Assembly (NCBI GenBank): GCA_947498055.1
Contig: CANMJA010000019.1
Coordinates: 4,524 to 68,523 of the forward strand
Direction of reading: 5' to 3'
Length of the DNA stretch: 64,000 bases
From: an uncultured Tenacibaculum sp.
GTDB lineage: Bacteria; Bacteroidota; Bacteroidia; Flavobacteriales; Flavobacteriaceae
Shown: in pieces, positions 20,101 to 29,000 of the stretch
Position numbering within the stretch: the stretch's first letter is position 1
Layout of the letters: every line of letters starts with the position of its first letter
The notes under the pieces: generated by a model
The model's database searches: none
The model's input: the letters and a program-made list of their open reading frames with translations, nothing else
What the model was told of the DNA's origin: nothing
Position numbers and translations under genes: made by a program

Positions 20101-23100
20101 GAACAAAAATAGCTTGTGGGTCTCCTTGCTGATTGGTAGCAGAAAAAGGTTTTAACAAATTATTTTTAGAAATATTTATAAATGAGATTAAATCAAATGG
20201 TTTTAAATCTTCACTTTTTTCTGTTTGACTATTAAATCCCCATTTAAGCTTTTGCTTTGCATTAATTAAATAGTCTGGAGTAACTTTTGTGTCTACACTT
20301 TTATAAAAATCATTTGAATTATAAGTGGCAATACCAGGTACTATTTTTCTTATACTCGTACCTAAATTAGTCCAACTTCTTCTAAAAATATTTTGATAGT
20401 CATTTTTATAGGTATACAAATTGTCATGCACCGATTTTACATCTTCAAAAGTCATTGATTTTAAAACCTCAACATCTACACTATTTTTTAATTGGTCAAC
20501 GAAATTTTCAGACCCTATAAATATTTTTCCTATAGATTTTACAATGCTTTGTCTATTATCGTTTCCAAAAATAAATATCTCATCTTGTATATTATTAAAT
20601 AGAGCATGCCAAAGTGGTTCTGTTTTAGTAACTACTCTATTTCCTCTAGGCGTCCATTTATAAGTTATTTTTTCATTTTCTAATGCGTCAATAGTTTTCT
20701 GGTAATTTGCTGAATTGCCATTAGATATTGCTTCTAAAATTCTTGCTACTTGTATTTCTTCTTTATCTGTTATTGCACCACCACTTGTAGACCCTAATAA
20801 AATCTTTTTAATTCCTTCTATTTGTTTACTTTGCGGTAGATTTATAAGATCATATTCGCTTGCTTTAGCAATACATTCATATACTTCTTTACTTGATTTT
20901 GTAGCGAAATCTGCTGCTAAACAAGCTTTGTTTTCTGTAGCTTTTTGGTTAGTATATGCTAATAATTCAATTAAGAAATTTTGATAAAAATCATACAATT
21001 CATCATTAGAATCTCCTAATTTTAAATTATCCTTCCATATTTTGTATGCCTGGCTAGTTTTTCCTACTAATGGAATATTTTCGCGATCCCATGTACCATA
21101 ATCTGAAAATGTTTTTACAGCTAAAGATTGGTCCCAATTATTAAAAAACTTCGTAAAACTTTCAAAAATTCTAGGATATCTGTTATAAATTTCTGCTATT
21201 TTAACAATTAAAAAGACTTCTCTTCTTTCATTATGACTTATGCTTACTTTTGTGTTTTTAACTCTTCCTACATTATTCTTTTTTACTTGTACAAACTCAC
21301 TATTAAAATCACCACTTAATAATTTAATTTCTAGTTCTGTAATATCTATTTGTTTATCCCCTAACATCTCTGGGTGATTCGCAAACTCTTCTGTTTTACT
21401 TGGTTTTAAAGCATTAAACAATCCGATATTTTGAAAACTATCGGAAGTTATTGCCATTATTTCCTTCTCTCTATTTTTATATTCAGAAATATTTTCTCCT
21501 GTAAACTTATAATTTTTCCATGTTGCTTTATTCGATTTAGGCTCTCCAAAAGGAAGTCCCATTACAAAAGATGCATTATCTTCTCCTTTAAGTTTTGGTT
21601 GCTCGTAAACAAAGTTTTCATATCCTAAAAATCTATTATTTACAATTTTTGCTTTATAGGTTATGTCTTCAACTTTTACTTCTTTTGTCGCTTCCTTTTC
21701 ATTTATTTTTCTTTGTTTAAAGCCTATTAATGTACCTGGTACAACGGTATTATATTTATCATCCTCTATTCCATGAAAAAAAACTGGCGTGTATTCTTCC
21801 GATAAGACAATACGCTCTCCAGATGGTGTTAAATAACCATAATAGTATTTACCATCGTATTTTTTTTCATTAATTGCTAAAGTAGCAGGCATGGTAGTTG
21901 CTACACTTTGTCCTTCGCTATCTCTATCAAAAACACCAATTCGTAAACTTGGGTTATGAATTTGCACCCAATGTACAAATGGTAACTTTACAGCATCTCC
22001 ATAATCCATTAACCAATCGGTTTCTTTTTCTGAATATCCATAACTTTGTTTAGAAAACGGATGTTTTAACTGAAAAGCTCCATGCCCTAATTCGTGAGCA
22101 ACTGTTTTTTCATCTGCTCCATTATTCATGTACACATACCCAAATTGTCTACCCAAAGGCATGAGTCCTTTTTCGTTTTTTGTAGAAGGTGTTTTATTAG
22201 TTAATAAGATATAATATGCTTCTTTTTTGAAATCATTCCTTCCTTTTAGTGCTTTATTAATTTGTTTTTGTTGCTTAGAATACTGCGATACAAATCCGCT
22301 TTTACCACTTTCTATGATCGAACCTGACACAATACTTTCTAAACTATTAGAAAAATCATTTAATTCTGTAACAGAGATATTTACCAATGCCTCAGCATAA
22401 ACCTTCTTAAGGGTTTCTTTTATTTTTTGAGTACTCTTATTTGTAGTATTTACCAATACTACCTCTACATTTTTAATAGCTGCTTGGTATTGTATAAATG
22501 CTCCTGCTATTTCATATTTATCCGATTGTTTTACTACCGCTTGCGTTTCTACTTTAGCATCTGTAAAAAGTCCTTTTAATTCTAGAGTGTATGAGGTTGC
22601 AGTACTGTCTATTTTCTTTATTTCTATCCCTTCCTTTGTTTTAAAAACAATATCTCTAGGCTTAATATTTTTATCTGTAATATCTAAATTTGCAATAATG
22701 GTTGCTGTTTTTCCTTTTGCTACCGATTTATAAGGAATTCTATAGCCATCACTAAGACTTTTATATAGATTTTTAGTTTTCTTTTGCTTCTTTTTATATG
22801 CGTCAAATCCGTAGATATCTCTTGTATCTTTTGTAAAAGTAACCGTAACTCCTTCTGCAGTTATTGCAGTAGCTTCTCCTTGATTATTTACGCCATTGGT
22901 ATTTTCAGAATTAGTCGCACCTCCCTCTGCTACTGTTCCTGATTCGGCTACATTCCCATCTTCATCTACAGTCCAAGTTTCTCCGTTAGCATCTGTTATC
23001 ACATAATCTTCTCCTCCTGGTAACTCTACTATTTCTCCATTAGTTCCGATAATGATGATATCTCCATTCGGATCTATTTGTACATCTTCTATAGAAAAAT

Positions 23101-24598
23101 CTACCGTTGTTGTTTCTGTATTTCCGTTACCTCCTAAAACTACATCATTTACATCTTCTACACCAGACCAAGCAGGATCGTACGTGGTTTTCACCATTCC
23201 CTCAATCAACTGATAATGAGAATTCAATCGGATATTTGAGAAAGTAACTGCTATTTTTGTATCTGATAAATAAGGCACTACAATGTAACCAGCACCAGTA
23301 AAAACACCCTCTCCTCCGTATATTTCTTTTACAGTAACTGAAAAATCTCCTGCTGTAAATGTTTCATTTACTCCTATATTTTTAAGTGGCTCTCTACCTT
23401 TTATGTTAATATCTGGAACAATACCACAATTATAAGAAGCTATTTCTTCCTTATTAGGCATTGTAAATTGATTTACACTACTGTATGAATACGTTTCATT
23501 TAATTCATAATAATCGTTACACGAACCTCCTACACGAAATAAATAAGGCTTCCCTTCTTGTAAATTTCCTATTTGTGCAAAGTTGTTATAAGTGTATACT
23601 TCAAACCATTTTGCTTCAGGAACATCTGCTCTTTTATATTGTATATGAAACTTTTTATGTTCAAAATTCATTTGCCACGAAATTTTAACTGTACTGCCAT
23701 TTAAAGCTTCAGATAAAACATACGTTGGTGTTTCACATGGATTTGCATAGGTAAAATAAAATATTTCGCTATATCCATTATTTTTAAAAATTGAATTCTC
23801 TGAAATTCCTGTTACTGATTTTGCTTTAACCCGCCAACCATATGTTCTTTTAGGTAGTAATACTGGTTTGCTTATATCGTAAAGTAATGTAGTATTACTT
23901 AGCGTTTCAGTATAATAGTTTGGTGCAGCTAAAAATGCTGCTCTAGGATCCATTGTAACATCCCATAATTCTCGTAACTCAAAATCGTAGCTAACATTTG
24001 TTGCATTAGTATGTCTTGGTGTCCATTGAAAAATAATATTCATAGGATCTTTCGCTACAATATAATCTCCTAGATATGGTAGATTTAAAAATGGAGGGTC
24101 GTTTAATAATAAGAAAATGTTGGCACATCCGGTAGCAGGATTATTAACTTGCAAATTGGTAACTGCATCATACACTTCCCAACAAACTGTATACATTCCT
24201 TCTGGCAAAGGTCTGTTATATTGCTGCGGAGTAATTCCTATTAAATTATTTGGTTGAAAATATGCTGCTAAATCTAAATTGGTAAATTGTTGTAAAACAC
24301 CACCTGTTAAAAATATTTGCGGTGCGCCAGCTACAATATCTGTCGACTGCATTTCGAAGCCATTCCCTTTAATACGTAACTTTAAACGTACTTCTTCGCT
24401 ATTTGCTATCACATCTGTTAATGCAATATTTAAACGAAACTTTATATTACTTGAAGTTACATAATCACTTAATTTAGATGAATATGGAGGAAAAACGGTA
24501 TGCGTTACTTGAACGGGATATCGTTGTGCTTGTATAGCTCCTACTAATACTAATAAACTTATTATTAGTATGCGGTGAATGTATTTTTTAATTTTCAT
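14138..24598 (-). CDS. Giant secreted multi-domain putative toxin: TANFOR-like N-terminus, FN3, HExxH metallopeptidase, ParB-like x2, His/Cys protease-like x2, GNAT-like x3, C-terminal ADP-ribosyltransferase
   Basis: Signal peptide ending AIQA|Q; YPVQV...PPYS..LSDY N-terminus; HELGHGAFQLKH..LMDY; DGMHR twice; IIHY..RLLSC twice; a threefold repeated domain; YRG..STS..ESEVLF at the C-terminus. Confidence 0.75.
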   Translation of the reverse strand: MKIKKYIHRILIISLLVLVGAIQAQRYPVQVTHTVFPPYSSKLSDYVTSSNIKFRLNIALTDVIANSEEVRLKLRIKGNGFEMQSTDIVAGAPQIFLTGGVLQQFTNLDLAAYFQPNNLIGITPQQYNRPLPEGMYTVCWEVYDAVTNLQVNNPATGCANIFLLLNDPPFLNLPYLGDYIVAKDPMNIIFQWTPRHTNATNVSYDFELRELWDVTMDPRAAFLAAPNYYTETLSNTTLLYDISKPVLLPKRTYGWRVKAKSVTGISENSIFKNNGYSEIFYFTYANPCETPTYVLSEALNGSTVKISWQMNFEHKKFHIQYKRADVPEAKWFEVYTYNNFAQIGNLQEGKPYLFRVGGSCNDYYELNETYSYSSVNQFTMPNKEEIASYNCGIVPDINIKGREPLKNIGVNETFTAGDFSVTVKEIYGGEGVFTGAGYIVVPYLSDTKIAVTFSNIRLNSHYQLIEGMVKTTYDPAWSGVEDVNDVVLGGNGNTETTTVDFSIEDVQIDPNGDIIIIGTNGEIVELPGGEDYVITDANGETWTVDEDGNVAESGTVAEGGATNSENTNGVNNQGEATAITAEGVTVTFTKDTRDIYGFDAYKKKQKKTKNLYKSLSDGYRIPYKSVAKGKTATIIANLDITDKNIKPRDIVFKTKEGIEIKKIDSTATSYTLELKGLFTDAKVETQAVVKQSDKYEIAGAFIQYQAAIKNVEVVLVNTTNKSTQKIKETLKKVYAEALVNISVTELNDFSNSLESIVSGSIIESGKSGFVSQYSKQQKQINKALKGRNDFKKEAYYILLTNKTPSTKNEKGLMPLGRQFGYVYMNNGADEKTVAHELGHGAFQLKHPFSKQSYGYSEKETDWLMDYGDAVKLPFVHWVQIHNPSLRIGVFDRDSEGQSVATTMPATLAINEKKYDGKYYYGYLTPSGERIVLSEEYTPVFFHGIEDDKYNTVVPGTLIGFKQRKINEKEATKEVKVEDITYKAKIVNNRFLGYENFVYEQPKLKGEDNASFVMGLPFGEPKSNKATWKNYKFTGENISEYKNREKEIMAITSDSFQNIGLFNALKPSKTEEFANHPEMLGDKQIDITELEIKLLSGDFNSEFVQVKKNNVGRVKNTKVSISHNERREVFLIVKIAEIYNRYPRIFESFTKFFNNWDQSLAVKTFSDYGTWDRENIPLVGKTSQAYKIWKDNLKLGDSNDELYDFYQNFLIELLAYTNQKATENKACLAADFATKSSKEVYECIAKASEYDLINLPQSKQIEGIKKILLGSTSGGAITDKEEIQVARILEAISNGNSANYQKTIDALENEKITYKWTPRGNRVVTKTEPLWHALFNNIQDEIFIFGNDNRQSIVKSIGKIFIGSENFVDQLKNSVDVEVLKSMTFEDVKSVHDNLYTYKNDYQNIFRRSWTNLGTSIRKIVPGIATYNSNDFYKSVDTKVTPDYLINAKQKLKWGFNSQTEKSEDLKPFDLISFINISKNNLLKPFSATNQQGDPQAIFVPAFTLHYASKTEALQTKSDIIQTSVDLLAFLPTGGTAALNTFGKFLYYTDKMSSVSSMAGIAFREVDPSLATYMNQLSLVTGVASLATLSKKLTVKEEFLQSKVGEIIHPDVLKETNNQITNVNKLVDDILQDEVHLQKLTSSDLQANIRIVKEEIELLKTFSDFNLEKANKAVEKLKNLDAAKMLYKNVRIVGDYTESYIDVEIAKLTTIHPVPRKSKLGGVEETVKDIQENGFKIAGEERIGGNPVRVIELPNGAQMVIDGMHRVEAMHRLKETHIPVAYNTYEEVLNSVQSGGIDIRNLENIYYAVHVGKRTGHYTEEWMPFNIAWVGNRRNEVFKAVDDFMKKEFPDLAESPEGLLASLQGLISNTKLKTVFESEFKGDIVKLKEFTENPNLVNAWLDIQRVLDKNADAFPKNVDFTGFNFDTGDNYIDVIIHYENGKFLSKVETEEKVISIEKLAEVINSLPSDQKIRLLSCSTEQAAIELSKLTEKPFYANDGRVKLYPDGEVVHVTPFTRYHKGARSDLEEIPPNIKLRKETPIILGRDANIKSKIERILNNNSLQEAIVALKLSSEKRIAFIKYIASLDEIMLEEVLVKPSLLEPIKVQHDTAPKERFDLSLMDLQQIQRILKKIGGYVKWKTTAKGEANQLWNSIEIDSKDHAYVILLDGIKTDEIGGFTLSKQGTFISTIDLPSYLRQQKIATEIFERGIKKYQPIKIEETWGDTNLNHSDVSTNLEVYLSELRNGRTREQAAFATPSGKLARQNGYTGTPIFKVDTKTKVHVFFIKPVNDEGIYKNVQIVTNPKGTEYPEKVRDVKISELTMMHPVNANEVDEVVNKIKEKGFLVDNSNLVDIVELPNNTKLVLDGMHRVEAMGNRLKENYIPVYYNTYNDFKHDEDEIEKIYFSLLLARRTGYYNKEWMPEAPWMSTETKIRLLESVNESIKRDFSNLIESKENILESLKVLVPSDLQKIFKNTFKENTAKLLAFAEKPALVNAWVNTRKVFKENATAFPKNINFVGFNFNTKDDYIDVIIHYGEGNFVSIIEGKQEIIPIENVAEIINSIPETKKVRLLSCNTNEAALALSKIIERPFYASDGVVKIYTNGIVKHNTPFKKYHRGARSDLEEIPPSSEKGRGESISLGKEESNKTKIDEVFKENADEIKRIIEELDFSKKEIEAFTNYAVGKNKIIHTIEKNPSLVAAWKAYYNINREEPFEIKIEELEKVNEVLNGIGGYKKWKLTEAGEKNRLWDKITLNKNDADVVLLNGNTVDIGSFGVTSFGILGLNLELPKYLQKQRIVSDLYSKVVRKLTPKEVKSVWLEDDLYEEGMSTNLLEYLKYLDQGMNRRDAALMTPAGKLATKNEFTGEPIFLVDKKNRVEVIFTKKENEIRTEVRKLFEGVEAHELFRKVNGIIQKIESLKVNVAKEFIEEFKGKTSNLEKFLEDVNLIDNWVSNRILTKDPVQPNSYRKKEIEKIFKKQSSLIENKVNELNFSEEVFRDFIENFSKVEKEVVLEMENNPRLIDSWRAYYDINKKEPFKIEVDNLKDIDAVLKSIGGYTKWKATEAGKENRLWSDIKVSESEFQLVYLNGEELKIGNFNISEINTLSFDIILPSVLQKQKVTTKIFKEIFKKHKPVEIQCHWVRADTYEDNISTNLLEYFKYKDKGRAMAAFMTPSGKIARRNGFTQAPVFIKDNDYEVKVIFTKSNETKRRELRKLFSYLQEDTDLTMNTFIGKVESFDKQVQDDFINDCKKSSKQFLEVVFKNPQLLDNWKLMHEVKSVNRTDVNFLRFLNINLVIDSRNKVKEKYTLLIKKYPNISLEELTTVYHYTSSLYTVENFNKALRERSITDKKLKIFDNVLRKSLEKFPKYLKTTYRGISTKKSALKKYEKAYENKTEIEELGYISTSKERFVAEVFLDKNEDIGNVKVLFTIESKKGLDIEDISLHGPTFSSVTESEVLFISGQKFKVSEYKVTKGEDQEELVLITLTD

Positions 24599-24599
24599 T

Positions 24600-26087
24600 T
24601 TAAGGCAGCTTTTGAATTTTTATATCACAAATGATATGTGAATTGGTTCCTTTATCAACAAACTCTTTTATTTTAATGGCTCCTTTTCGTCCATCTTCCG
24701 TTTGAAATAATACAATACGTGGTAGTACATCTTTATTAAAATGTAATAAACCGTTAGTGGTTTCTGTAATAAGAATACTTTGCAATGGAAGATCGTTATT
24801 CATTGCATTAAATTGTGTTTCTGTAAAACGCACACCACAATTACAGTTTTCTTGTGTGTTTATAAACTTTGTATGTGTTGCGTTTGGTATTTCTAAAAAT
24901 CCGTTAGATTTTACTTCCCTGGGACTTAAAAACTTATTAAAATTAAATGTCTTATTTAAACTCAAAAAAGCAATATCTATTTCGCTCTTATCTGTTACTT
25001 CGTTTGCTGTAAATACTTTTCTTAATGAAGCTGAAAAAAAAGCTCCAATAGCATTTGAGTTATGCGCTGAATTGATCCCTAATTTTATATTCTCAAAGGT
25101 TCTTAAATTAGTATTTGGTAATACTTCTATTGTTTTAGTTATGCGTTTTGTTTCTTTATCGTTAGAAGCTTCTAATACCATTTTATGAATTCCTGCTTCT
25201 GTAAATGTTACCTTTGGAGCTTCTTCTGTACTGGTACTTGGATTTCCCTTTTCAAACGTCCATTGGTAAGAAGTAGCACTTATAGATTCATTAAATAATG
25301 TAATGGAAACTGGTGCTTGATCATCATCGTCAAAAAAAGCTACTTCCCAATTAAAATCAGGAAGTAATTTTGGTAATACTTCTATTTTTTTTTCGCTTGT
25401 AAACGATTCGAATTCGTTAGAAACGGTTACTTTTATCGTATGTTCCCCTTCCTTTGTAAAAACTATATTTTCTGGATGTCTTTCTGTTGAAGTATTTGGA
25501 ATTCCTCCTTCAAACTCCCATAAATAACTTAAGGTATTGCCCTCTGTACTATTCTTAATTTCAACTTCAACTGGCGAAAAATTACTAGCTGCTATTTCTG
25601 TTGAAAAATCGATATCTATAGCTTCAAAAAGTGTGATTTCTTTTTCGATAACATCTTCTTCTCCATCTACATTAATTGCTTTTAATGTTATCGTATAATT
25701 TCCTGCATGTATATATTTTATTGCTCCTGGGTTTTTATCTTTTGAACTACTTATTTGTGCTCCTTCAAAACTCCATTCATAGGTATCTGCTCCTTCTGTT
25801 TTATTAGCTACTTTAATTCTAACAGGTACTGATTTATCTTCATTGACAAAAGTGATATCAAAATCGGTAACTATAGGTATAGATGTTTCTTGATAACAAG
25901 AATAAATTACTATTAATGATAATAACGATACGATTTTTAGAGTAGAATTTAGTTTGTTTACTTTGCTAAATAATGGAGATTTTTCAACCATATTTAAGCA
26001 ACAAACAGTACCATAATAAATACCTAACCGTATCTTATATAATGCCCCTCTTACTAAATCTTTTATATATGTTTTCATCTTTCTCAT
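24600..26087 (-). CDS. PKD-domain lipoprotein
   Basis: Lipobox-like VIYSC; three PKD repeats (Y.W.FEGG.P.TS...P..I.F...G.H.I.L.VSN). The true start may be downstream of 26087. Confidence 0.75.
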   Translation of the reverse strand: MRKMKTYIKDLVRGALYKIRLGIYYGTVCCLNMVEKSPLFSKVNKLNSTLKIVSLLSLIVIYSCYQETSIPIVTDFDITFVNEDKSVPVRIKVANKTEGADTYEWSFEGAQISSSKDKNPGAIKYIHAGNYTITLKAINVDGEEDVIEKEITLFEAIDIDFSTEIAASNFSPVEVEIKNSTEGNTLSYLWEFEGGIPNTSTERHPENIVFTKEGEHTIKVTVSNEFESFTSEKKIEVLPKLLPDFNWEVAFFDDDDQAPVSITLFNESISATSYQWTFEKGNPSTSTEEAPKVTFTEAGIHKMVLEASNDKETKRITKTIEVLPNTNLRTFENIKLGINSAHNSNAIGAFFSASLRKVFTANEVTDKSEIDIAFLSLNKTFNFNKFLSPREVKSNGFLEIPNATHTKFINTQENCNCGVRFTETQFNAMNNDLPLQSILITETTNGLLHFNKDVLPRIVLFQTEDGRKGAIKIKEFVDKGTNSHIICDIKIQKLP

Positions 26088-29000
26088 TAATGCACTATCA
26101 TTCTTTTTACTCTTGTTTCTTTAGCCGTTTCTAAAACAACAACATACATACCTGAAGGTTGATTAATTGTAAAAGGTTTGGTATATTCTTCTACTATTTC
26201 TACTGGTGTATAACTTTTTATAAGTTCTCCTTGCATGTTAAAAATTCGAATTGCTATTTCGCTTGGTTTTATCAATTTTATATCTGCCGTAAAGTTTCCA
26301 TTATTAGGGTTTGGAGAGATTCTAAATAATTCAATAAAAGATTCTGATACTCCTTGTGAATCTGCTAATTCACTAGGTTCTTCTATGACTATTGTTTTAA
26401 ACAACTCTTCTATACAATCTCCTACATGAGAGCGTAAGCCTATTTCATAACTTGTTACTTCTTTGAATTTTAGAGTGATGGTTCTTTCTGTTTTCTCTAC
26501 AATAATTACGTCTTCTGGTAATATCCATTCAAAAACACTTTGTTGCAAGCTACTTTTGTTTAGAAGAACAATTTCTTCATCGAGATACGCTTGAGAAGAC
26601 ATTAAAAAATTAGATTCTATATCTTCATCATTATATTGAATGGTAATAGAATCGGTTATAGTACAACCTTTAGAAGAAGTAGCTTCTATTGTATACACGC
26701 CAGATTTTTGAACTTCTACAATAGCGTCTGTAGAAGAAAAACCATTATCTGAGGTCCATAAATAAGTAGTATTTGTATCTTCAATAGTTGCATTTAAAAC
26801 ATAAGATTGGTCTTTACAAAGTGTTTTATCTTCTCCTAAATCGATAGTAATTTCTTCTGGCTCTTCTAAATCAACTTTTACAAAAGCTTTACACTTATTA
26901 GCATCTGTTAATGTAAAAATGTATGTTCCTTCTTTTAAATTCTTTATAGAAGTTCCTGTTTCTCCTGTGTTCCAAGAGTGAGTGTATGGTGGTACTCCAC
27001 CAGAAATACTAACCTCAATTGCTCCATCATTTCCTTTAAAACAAGATGGGGCTTTTTTTATTACATCTATTTGTAAACTTCCTGGAGGCATTAATGTAAT
27101 ATTTCCTGTAACCTCACAACCTCTTGCGTCTGTAACAAAAACCACATAATTTCCTGCAATTAAATCCACTGCTTTAGTTTCTATACTTCCATTAGACCAT
27201 TGAATGTTATAAGGAGGGATTCCTCCTAAAATATTTACTGTAGCTGTACCATTATTTCCTTGGTCACAAGAAATTTCGGTAGCACTTAGTTGTACTTCTA
27301 ATAAATCTGGTTCATTAAACTGAAATATTACGTCTGTGGATTTTATTAATAGCGAACTATTATATTCTCCAATTACAATTCCTCTGCTATCTTCTACATT
27401 TAAAGAGTAACTACCATGTGAAAGATTTGTTATTCTGTTACTATTAATATTTAAATCTTCATACACCCCGGCACTATTTTCTTTTTTCCAGAAATATGTA
27501 TATGGATTTCCTGTTTCAAAAGGAAGTCCTCCCGTAACTTCTACTTGCAATATTCCATCAGAAAAAGGATTGTTAAAAACATTATTCTGATTACACGAAA
27601 TAGGCGTATCTATAGTTATAACTGCTTCTACAGGGTCGTATAATATAAATTCTTTTTCTATATACGTACATCCTTTTTTAGTTGTTGCTTTTTGGTAATT
27701 TGCATCTTCAATTGTAAGTACATAGGTATCTTTTGGTATATTATTTAGCCTAATTTGAAATTTTCCGTTACGAACATTTGTTGTTGTTTGTGCATTTATT
27801 ATTTCTCCCTTTTCATTTTGCCAGTAATAGGTATAACTACCGTCTGCGAAAGTAGTACCTCCGTCTATTTCTGCAAGTATCCAACCAGTAGATTCTCCTC
27901 CTTTTTTTGGTGTAGAAAATTCTATAAAATCTATAGTAATTTCATTTTCTGGCTGGTTAATTTCTATATTTTCAACAACCTCACAACCTCTTGTATCTGT
28001 TATTGTTACAGTATACTGACCTTTTATTAGGTTATTTATTCTAGAAACTGTACTTCCTGTATTCCATTCGATATGGTAAGGTGGAGTTCCTCCTTTTATA
28101 AAAACCTCTGCCCAGCCATCACTTCCTTCATAACAAAATACATCTTGCTTTTTAAAACTTACTTCAATAACCTCTGGTTCTCTAATTTCTTGTAGTAAAT
28201 CTTTCGCTTTAACTAATGCATTATTTTGGTATTCACCTATGACAATTCCATTAGCATCTTTTATATTAACAGCATAGTTTCCTTGATCTAAACCTGTTGC
28301 TATATTACTTGTTTGTGTTGGTAAGACGGTCCATACGCCAGGAGCTGTCTCTTTTTTCCATGTATAATAATAAGAAAGTCCAGCATTTTCATTCGGTTGT
28401 AAACGAACACCTCCTGTTACTTTTATTTCTAATTCTCCATCTGAAAATGGATTTCCTACATTATTTCTATTACAAGATATGGGTGTTTTAATCGTAACAT
28501 CTGCTACTAAAGGTTCTGGTTCATTTAAAAAATATTCACTCTCGGTTATTGTACAATTAGAAAGATCTATAGCTAAAGGATAATTTTTATCCTGCACTGT
28601 CAACTTATAATTTCCTTCTCCAATTCCATTTAACCTTATTATATGGCTTGCCGTTGTTGCCGAAGAAGTTACTTTATTATTTAAATTATGTCCATTAGCA
28701 TCTTTCCAAACAAAAGTATATTCATTTGAATTTAAAGGTGTACCTCCTGTTATAGTAGCTTCAATCCACCCGTTAGTTGCCCCTGCAAACGTAGGTTCAA
28801 AAAACTGATAGGATATTTTTAAAGGTGCATTCGGTTCTTCTATTTCTATGGTTGCCTCTGCTTCACACCCTTTCTCATCTACTACCTTTACTTGATACGT
28901 ACCTGCCGTTAATTGTGAAATATCTTCTGTAGTTTCATTATTACTCCACAAGATGGTGTAAGCTCCTGTACCTCCTTTAATTGTTAAATCGATACTTCCA

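Noticed and set aside
14138-24598. RHS/YD-repeat, CdiA or true MARTX assignment
   Set aside because: No YD repeats or DPxG core end, no TPS/filamentous haemagglutinin repeats and no RTX nonapeptide repeats; the MARTX comparison is architectural only.
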